Source: Octopus vulgaris
Taxonomy: Eukaryota
Direction of reading: 5' to 3'
DNA: 64,000 bases
NCBI GenBank assembly: GCA_951406725.2
Contig: OX597823.1
Span: forward strand, 74,586,001-74,650,000
The position numbers and the translations under genes were made by a program. Below the pieces are notes generated by a model, which saw only the letters and a list, made by a program, of their open reading frames with translations, searched no databases and had not been told where the DNA came from. Of this stretch, positions 54,281 through 64,000 are shown piece after piece; within the stretch, counting starts at the first letter, position 1; every line of letters begins with the position of its first letter.

Positions 54281-55137
54281 TTAAAGTGCATTTCTGATTA
54301 AAAATATCAATCAAGGCTTCAGTTCATCCAACCGTCTACCCATCCATCAATCAATGTATCCGTCCGTCCGACCATCCATCCATCCCCCGCCAGCCTGCTA
54401 CCCCTACCGTCTGTCTTACATATATACATGAATGCCTACACATTTACTGTTACGCAAACACCAACATTTACACATATATGCAGCTATGAAAGAAAATGAA
54501 AGTCTGTTCTTTTCGTCCACTATGAGACTAGATATAAAAACCACTGCACATTTTATAAACCTTAGTAAACGGAAAGACAAACACAGAGGTAGACGAATAT
54601 TCATACACGCATTGCAATAGTAATATTTACGAAAGAAAATTCTGGCTTCGATATGGGCACGCACACACACGCATCCATGCCCATACAAACACAACGTATT
54701 TTCATTAAAATTCTTGTCCATGTAAATCAAAATGACAGAAGGTAATGCAGCAATTTAAATGCTACGAATTTTACAGACGAAAAGTTTTGTATAATAGTAA
54801 ATCAAATTAACTTTAAATACCAAATTTAATGCATTTTGTAGTGGGAAATTTCATGCATATTTAATTGTAAATATCGGGCTATTTACAATAGTAAATAACG
54901 GACTATTTCAAGACTATTCAAAAGGTTGCAAGCCGCAACGAGAATTTAAGGCACAAAGAGAAAATGACTCTCCCCAGACACAAATAAATTGTAAACATTA
55001 TCATGGAAGTTGCAACAGGTCGCATGGTAATTTTGTATATTCATATTTTAAATTGAATGATCAGCAAAGGAATTATTACGAATTTGGTTAACTGCCATTG
55101 TTTATGTTGATAATGATTATTATTTCAGTTGGTTTAT

Positions 55138-55331
55138 AAATTTGGCACAGGGTCAGCAGGTTTGGAGGAGGGCTAAGTCGATTAAGTCGACGACCATGCT
55201 TAACTAGTACTTATTTTATCGATCCTGAAGGGTTGCAGAGCAAATAAAACCCGTCTGAATTTGAACTAGAACGTAAAGGCACAAAGCATTTCGCCCTGCA
55301 TGCTAACGATTCTGCCAGCCCAGCGCCTTAG
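55138..55331 (-). mobile_element. SINE family B monomer
   Basis: tagtacttattttatcgatcc core; gctaacgattctgccagcccagcgcctt head. Confidence 0.8.
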
Positions 55332-56535
55332 ACCATTATTTATACTGGAAGTGTTTTCATGAGTCCTTATTAGCCATTTCAACCATTGATTATAGGTATC
55401 GTTCTCTATGCTTCTTTCAATTTACTCCAAAGAAAAAATTTTCAAGTGCATTTCCCTTACTAGGAAATTATATTTTTTTATTTATCGAATCTATCCTTCC
55501 TAGTCACCTTCCTAGTAACATAAGTTGAAGGATATAGGTAGCAAAGGATGCTGTAGAATGATATAGGTAGTAAAGGATTCTGTAAGAAAACCTTTCAAAT
55601 TAAATCATTGGGAACATTTTTCATTGGTTACATTTTGGGATATCTCAGAATCTACTAAAAGTACAATCTATGTACATGTGTTTCTTGATGAAATTCTTCC
55701 ATTGTTAATCAATACTTTTTTCTTTGTGGAATAGTATTCAGAATTAAATTTGCTACATGCTGTGCAAATTAACTATCTAATGTATTGCGAAAAATGCAAT
55801 AAGCGTGTGGATAAAGGTCTCCATAGCGAATACACAAAAGACATAACAAACAAAGAAATATGCAGGGAAATAATGAAATAACGAAATATGCAGGGAAATA
55901 ATATCAGTAGCCAAATCATGTCTCAGAGGCTCTTCACAATTTGTAACCAATAAATAATATTTAAAAAGAGAAATGTTAATAGTGAATAAAATATAGCTAA
56001 TAAGTTATTAACAATATTTAATACTGAGAGATTTACATAAATATAGGAACGCAAACATAAAGTTTCGGAGACTGCGCGATACAAACCAAGATAGTCATAT
56101 TACAAGAAAAAGGTATAGCGTATACACAGATCAAATCTAAGGTTCCACCTACGACAAACTAATCGTTAAAATAATGAGTCAGCATGCCAATAATACAAAC
56201 GCGTATTGGTTTTATTTCACGTTGTTTAAATAGTTAACCAACTGATTATAAGCATGCACATAATGTTTTCTACTCTAGGCACAAGGCCCGGAAATTTAGG
56301 GGAGTTAGCCAGTCGATTAGATCGACTCCAGTACGCAACTGGTACTTAATTTATCAACCACAGAAAGATGAAAGGCAAAGTCGACCCCAGTGCAATTTGA
56401 ACTCAGGAAGTAAAGACAGACGAATTACCTATTTCTTTACTACCCACGAGGAGCTAAACTCAGAGGAGACAAACAAGGACAGACATACGGATTAAGTAAA
56501 TTATATCAACCTCAGTGCGTAACTGGTGCTTAATT

Positions 56536-57085
<550 letters not shown>

Positions 57086-57156
57086 TATATCATACCATTA
57101 ATCCTGACACATTTATTCACTCTGTATTTTTCTCTATCTATAATTTTTGTACCCGT

Positions 57157-57195
57157 TCTTCTCTGTCGAGGAGCGCGAGCTCGAAACTGCAAAGA
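57157..57195 (+). ncRNA. Variant/degenerate hammerhead-like motif in a short TA-flanked element (about 57090-57280)
   Basis: tctt-ct-CTGTCGA-g-gagc GCGA gctc-GAAAC-tgc-aaaga. Same gagc/gctc stem II as 25507, GNRA loop; non-canonical CUGUCGA and cleavage triplet. Confidence 0.45.
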
Positions 57196-58205
57196 TATTT
57201 CCATTCTTCCCCAGCGTGAAACTTATGCACCTGAATGTTGTTCCCTCATCTGTCTTTTGTTTTCTGAACATTTCAACCATATACATACGTACATATTTAT
57301 ATACATGTACATACATAAATACATACACGTGCGTATACATTATTCTAGAAACTGTTCAGACAGATAGGGTTATAATACTAGTTGTGTCTTTACGAAGTAC
57401 ATATATATATTCTAGCACTCAACAATTATACGCAGATGTTATAATTGAGTGAGGTACGAAGTATGAGTTGCAAAATACAGGAAAACGTATTAGCCGACTA
57501 ATTACGTATATAAACAGAATATTGGAGGGGTGGTAAAATTTATTCACCATCATACATGGTTCGCTTGCTACCTGGAATTACTAAATTGTACATGTAGGAA
57601 AAAATAATCGAAACCTCTATTAGGAATACTTCAGTCTGAGAATCAAATAAAATACTGCACCAATATACCAAACTTCATCTATGCCTGTGCATGTAATATG
57701 CACATTACTGATGCATAAATGTATACACACATGCATACGTACATATTTATATGCATAAGCATATATATATTATATATATATATATATATATACCATTATA
57801 TATATACACCCACATCCATCCATCCATATATATATACACACGCATCATAGAATGGTACTAGTGTATACCTGCATCTTATTAAGCATTTACGTGCAGCCAA
57901 ATTCTTGGGAAATTGCGTTGTAGAGAATTTAATCACGAAACAGAAAAAAATACTATGCGGTTAAGCTCACTTTGATGATTACCACAACGTAAAAGTAGTT
58001 AATTTCCTTTGTATCGTTACTTTGTGTAGGAACGAAATTGACTGCGATTGACATTTAACACGTTATTAAAACGTTTTAACAACGGTCTAGTTATCTGGAG
58101 AGCGTGCTATCGTATAAACCGCAGAAGGTATAGACACCACATTATCATTGAAACCTGATATATATATACAGAGACACACGCTTGCATATACATACACACA
58201 GCACC

Positions 58206-58256
<51 letters not shown>

Positions 58257-58360
58257 AGTGTATGTGTGTGTGTATATATATGTATACATATATACTTATA
58301 TATACACACATATATATGTATATATATATGCATACATACATATACATATACAATACACAC

Positions 58361-58415
<55 letters not shown>

Positions 58416-58599
58416 TATGCCTGCGTGTGCGTGAGTGTGTGTGCACCCGCGCAAATGTATACGTGTGTGTGTACGCATAAACACACATATACACACAATT
58501 ATTCGTACTAGTTGGACCTGTAAAAAAATTATGGATAACATTAAAATTGTAAGCATCTGTAAAGAGTGTACTGGTGCCATGAGAAATGTTTGTATATAC

Positions 58600-58750
58600 A
58601 TGACCGTCTGTCTTTACGTTCTGATTTCAAATCCTGCGGAGGTCGACTTTGCATTCCGTCCTCTGGCGCTCGATAAATTAAGTACCAGTCGTGTACTGAT
58701 GTCGATATAATCAACTGGCCCCCCTCCTCACAAACTTTCAGGCCTAGAAA
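58600..58750 (+). mobile_element. SINE family B, 5'-truncated
   Basis: tctttacgttctgatttcaaatcctgcggaggtcgactttgcattccgtcc...gataaattaagtaccag. Confidence 0.8.
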
Positions 58751-59964
58751 ATTATATTGTGAGTGTCACAGGATATAGAAGTTAATGTAACACCAATGAA
58801 TATATAACCCAACCAAAATATCACACATCTAAGTAAATGCCATTCTATTCAATGGAAGAGCTTTATATCCTTTTATATTAGACTCTCACAACAATTTGAT
58901 TGAACTAAAGGGATTGCGTTTCGCATCTTAATAATATCACAACTGTGATATTCGAATGTTTATACATTTATTTCTTGCGAACGATTCTGTTGAACGAAGA
59001 AATTATTCACATATTTATGAACTTCTCATGACTTCCTGTCTTTAGAAATGCTTTACAAATATAAAATCTTGAATTAAGTTTATGACATCATCTTATAAAC
59101 CACACTTAAAACCACAGTTAAAATTATTTGTAATGTATATTTGTAATGTATATGCTCGCAGCTAACTACGATTGACTTGGTTGTTTCTGGTTAGAGAGAA
59201 ATTCTTCATGAATTTTCATTATGAAATCTGCATTTATCCGTATTATAATGAAGAGGGATTTTGTCTCTGAAGGGCATTAATACATTTTGCGCATGAATAT
59301 TCTAGTGTAGATGGTATTAACTTTTCTCCCAAATTAATGGGCTCCTATGCCGACTATAGGTTAATCCGGCTCCAAATTTTATCCAGTCTATATGTTTATC
59401 CGGCTTCAAGAGCATGGTTGTATTGCATGGATCATGCATTTCAGACTTTTGTTTTATGTTTCAGAACAAAATCCCATCGATTATATGGGTACTCAGAATT
59501 CTTATCCAAATGTTATGCTCATGTCGTTTCATTTTTGATGTGTTTCTAATTAAACTGTTGTAAATAACAGATGATAGTAAATTTGTATCACCGGTACGCT
59601 AGTGGAACAAATCTTTACACTTTCCTCACAATATTTACAGATCTATACATTCGCGAACTGTTTTTTTTGTTTTAATATTGCAATTCTTCACATCACTCAG
59701 TTATTTGTAACTGACATCTTTGTATGTCATGGCATAAACATCGGCTATATTGATGGTATTTATATTTAGCAATGCATCAATATTAAAATGAAATGGCTTA
59801 AATAAATTAGGAAAAAAAAAACTAACAACAAAACTAAATCCAACAAATTAATTAACACAAATATCGATTTGATAATGGTAATAAAAAAGCATATTAATAA
59901 AATATCGACAAGAGTATTATTTGAAGGAAGTCGAATCAAACATTTTCATTTTTAAATGTACACT

Positions 59965-60170
59965 TACAAGCAATAGACAATTCCTGAAAACTTTCTTCCT
60001 TCACTCACAGGTTCCATGCATACAATAACTATTTTCGTCTCCTTACTACAATATGAGCATTTAATCCACTCAAAGATTTCGATATGAATGCATAATCCTA
60101 ATAGTTGCAGCTTTTTTGTGTGCACACCTCGTTCGGCGAGACTAATGATTAAAGTGCATTTAAGTGTCAA
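59965..60170 (-). mobile_element. Probable CR1/L2-type LINE RT remnant
   Basis: ORF KKLQLLGLCIHIEIFEWIK...IVIV...SEGRKFSGIV resembles the RT segment KLxxxGIxGxxxxWIxxFLxxRxQxVxV...SGVPQG. Confidence 0.45.
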
Positions 60171-60639
60171 TAAACGGTTGTTATATCTTTCACTTGGAAT
60201 TGTTACTTAGGCGTAGTCCACCACTGGAACATGCTGACAGGGTATTTTTCAAAAGTCCCCAGGAATACATAATGCACAGGAGCAGAAAGATATATACAAA
60301 CCCACACAGATACACACGTACTGATACATGAATGATTAGTAACTGCGGCCATATAATATATACACCTATGTATTTATATGCGTGCATGTGTGAACATTTA
60401 TATATGTGTATATAAGTTTACGTTTATATTTATATATGTATACACACATACATATATATATATATATACATACATACGTATATACACAAGCATATATATA
60501 TATGTATGTGCGTGCTTATATGCGTTGTGTATATTTAACGTCCTTGTTCTCAAGCATTATGCCAGTCGATTATTGTTTAATACCCGTTATGAAATGTATT
60601 ATGGTCAATAAAAATTAAACTAAATATATAATTGATACA

Positions 60640-61050
60640 ATTCATAAAATTTATCCACCATCAAAGTACATATGTCGATGCTTCCTTGCATTGTCGATCG
60701 TTATTTGAATTTGTCATTTGAGTTAATCTGAATGATCGACCAGTTTAATTATCACCAATATTTCTTATTCGACCATGAGTCATTAACGATCTTGCATTTC
60801 TTTTTTAATAATGGAAACCGTATTTTATAAATTAAAAAAAACCCAGTAAACTGATAGTGGGTAGAATATTGTGCAAGTTTCTGGGCGTAGCAAAAATAAA
60901 ATGCATCATCCATGCATTGTAGAATTTTCTGGCTCATTCGAAATATACCATGACAGAAAACTAGCATTTGTATAGTACAAATGTAAACTAATTCCTTCTG
61001 CAATATTTTATGTTCGTAAATCGTTTTCATGAATAATAATGAGATTGATC
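60640..61050 (-). mobile_element. Possible PLE RT remnant
   Basis: NILPTISLL (cf. FYPSI) and MYFDGG (cf. MGSFDGA) on the minus strand; weak. Confidence 0.3.
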
Positions 61051-61877
61051 ATTTCTATGTTAGCCAAATATATAACGAGAATTTTCATGCAAATATTCAT
61101 TTCTACATATTTCTTGTACATAATGAATTATCTTATCTTCAAGTCTGTTCATACTCACCATAAAATGCTTGGTTGGAGCTTAAGAATAACGGATATTATC
61201 TGCTACGGGATGGGATAAAATTCTGGTTGGAGTATAATTATGGAGAAAAAGAATCAATTGTTTCGAATTCATAGGCGTAAAATGAACACATTATCTATTC
61301 AAATACCAATAACTACTTGTTGGGATTTGATATGCATGCTTCTGCTTTTCAAAATCTGCTAAGTTTCCTATAATGTGAAGTAGCAACCTTAGTGTTAATC
61401 ATCTTTAAAAATACTCATAAGTGACATGCATAATTACGGAATTTCATTTTCCGTGAATTTACAAGTATATCATTCAGTAAATAAAAGTATCGGGAGGAAT
61501 AATTAAAATATATTTAAGTGATATACTGGTTGCGTATCACATGTAGATGTGAAATCAAATCTTATTTTAGAATCACGGTGAGGGAAAATATTAATTTATT
61601 ACATAAAATCCATAATTTAGAGAGGCTCATGTACTAATCGATCTATCTATCTATCTACAAAGTCAGTGAAATTAATAAAAATAACGATATAAAATGTAAT
61701 CATTGAACTTTTTAAACTAAACGATACCAACTATTGCAAAGCGAGTGAGATAATCAATATAACTAGGCATTATATACAGTGGTTCTTTCATAAGGACGCC
61801 TGTTTAACTAGGAAAAATCACTGGTGGGAATTGAGAAAAAAGAACATTTTTCTAAGAATAATATATCGAGATAGATA

Positions 61878-62002
61878 TTTTTTATTCTTTTACTTGTTTC
61901 AGTCATTTGACCGCGGGCATGCTGAAGAAAAGCCTTTAGTAAAAAAAAAATTGGAACCAAAGACTTATTACTTGCAAGCCTAGTACTTATTCTCTCTATC
62001 GT
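61878..62002 (-). mobile_element. SINE family A 3' fragment
   Basis: ttcttttacttgtttcagtcatttgaccgcgggcatgctg...aagcctagtacttattc. Confidence 0.8.
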
Positions 62003-62074
62003 ATTTAATGTATATATAATATATTTGAGGTAGACCGTTATTCCTATCATCTCAACACATTTAGCATAGACGCA

Positions 62075-62212
62075 TAGACGTATGCAAGACTGTGTAGTAA
62101 AATGTTTGCTTTGGAACCACGTGATTCCGAGATGGGACTCACTGCCCGTCATCTTGGGAGTGTCATCTACCATATACACGAAGTGAGCAAAGCCTTGTTA
62201 GTGGATTTAGTA
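62075..62212 (+). mobile_element. SINE family A 5' fragment, diverged
   Basis: gactgtgtagtaaaatgtttgc...catcttgggagtgtcatctac...aaagccttgttagtggatttagta. Confidence 0.65.
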
Positions 62213-62220
62213 ATGCTATC

Positions 62221-62298
<78 letters not shown>

Positions 62299-63223
62299 CT
62301 ATCTCTCTCTCTATATATACATATATAGTGGATTTAGTAATGCTATCGTGTATATATATATGTATGTGGGTGTATGTGTGTATGTATGTATGCGTGTATA
62401 CATGTATGCATATATGCATATATATACAGACATATTCGCACATAAAATATATGTGTTAGAGGTTATGCATCCGTCTAAGGGATAAATGTATTCGTAGGGA
62501 CTACTGATGCATTACTTTACTATGAATAGGCATTGCTGTAAGGTTAACAGTAGTTTAATATGTTAAATTAGTTTAATATGTTCAGATAAGATAAAAGGAA
62601 GAATGGAGCAATATGTAACATTTATATGTTGGTCATTAGCATTGAATGATAATAGTTTAATTATGGTTAAGATAGCATTTACAGCTGTTTCAGTTTGCTA
62701 TTTTTTAGGTTATCATGTGTTTATCTCCTTCTATGTAACAAACGCCATAAGAATGATTTGAACTTTAACAGAAAACTATTAACAGGAGATCAAAGCTTGA
62801 CAGGAGAAAAACGACAAAAAGAAAAGGGAAAGAAAAGGGAAAAGAGGAAAAAGGAAAAATATTCCTTAGGTATTTAGATATTTTTCTGTCCTTAAAAGAC
62901 GGTATGTGTGTTTACCGCTGCTTTTAGCCGAAAATGTTTAAACCTGGTTGTAGTATCCAGTATCATTAATCGTAAGAAATACCGCTATATGTGTCCGCTA
63001 GATAAGTCCCTATGATTACAAATAATGCCCAAGTTAAAAATCAAGGACGCCCTCAAAATTTTAAGTGCGATATACGGCATATAGAAATTGATTCTTCGAA
63101 TGATTATTATTTTTATATATTCATAGGGAAATGAAAGGAATCACTTAAATTAAATATGATTAAAAAACCTTGGATACCTAGGGAATAATGCCTGAAACGG
63201 AAGTATTTTCATCCCCAAAAATG

Positions 63224-63261
<38 letters not shown>

Positions 63262-63616
63262 GCGTGTCTCTATTTATTAATATTAAGCATGGTGTTACTT
63301 AGTTACACCTGTTCGTGATTTCAGTTTCACTTTAGAATATAATTGTTGATTATTTCGATGATCGCTTGATAGTCACCGCTCAAACACACACAAACATGTA
63401 TACACATATACACATAATATATATACATGCATATGTACGGACACATTTTTATATTTAAGACACTCACTCGAAATCACGTACATGTTCGGACACCAACATT
63501 ACCATATAAAGATACATTGAAAATATTTGGTGTTCAAACACACTGCGTCAGAGATATTTTTAATTTTGATAAACAAAATTTGTAAAATACCTTATAGTGA
63601 TTTAAATTGGACGTAC

Positions 63617-63649
<33 letters not shown>

Positions 63650-64000
63650 CTTTTGCAAACACCTTGCACATGCAAGCGCTCCCAGTCAAAAACTCCGCAT
63701 ACCGGAAGCCAGCAAGTGTATACGGTCATCAGGAGAGAATGCGCGCCATTTCGGGGCCTACCTCTCGATGGCATCAGTGTGCCTTATTTCCATTATTATT
63801 TTTGTATTGGTAGAAAACATAATGGAGTTTATGACGTATGTCTGCTTAGAAAGAGACCATATATTTTCCTTTTATATGCATTTTATTCATTTCTCCGAGT
63901 TCCTGCATGCGTTTATCTCTTTCGTTTATTCGTGTTCGTTTTTTAAAGCTATTTTCCAACAATACAGTCGTCAATGAACTGTTTAGAGGATTTCATTCCA

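Overview
AT-rich, repeat-dominated eukaryotic non-coding DNA. I infer a coleoid cephalopod, most likely Octopus, from the SINE families and microsatellite load; this was not verified by any search. No intact protein-coding gene is recognisable, and most listed ORFs are microsatellite read-throughs. Contents: (1) two abundant tRNA-derived SINE families, one with a Nin/Deu-type core that recurs as head-to-tail dimers with stereotyped junctions; (2) eight decayed Tc1/mariner copies, including a DD37D maT copy and an internally deleted mariner with TIRs; (3) remnants of Penelope-like (PLE), R4/Dong-type RLE and CR1-type retroelements; (4) five to six degenerate minimal hammerhead-ribozyme motifs, mostly in short elements beside (TA)n, one behind a tRNA-like B box; (5) a 492-bp near-perfect palindrome centred on (TA)111, a 45-bp-stem hairpin and a perfect 6 x 49-bp minisatellite; (6) a weak but phase-consistent chain of + strand exons at about 39.2-41.7 kb. 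All alignments and folds were done by eye, and boundaries of decayed elements are approximate.
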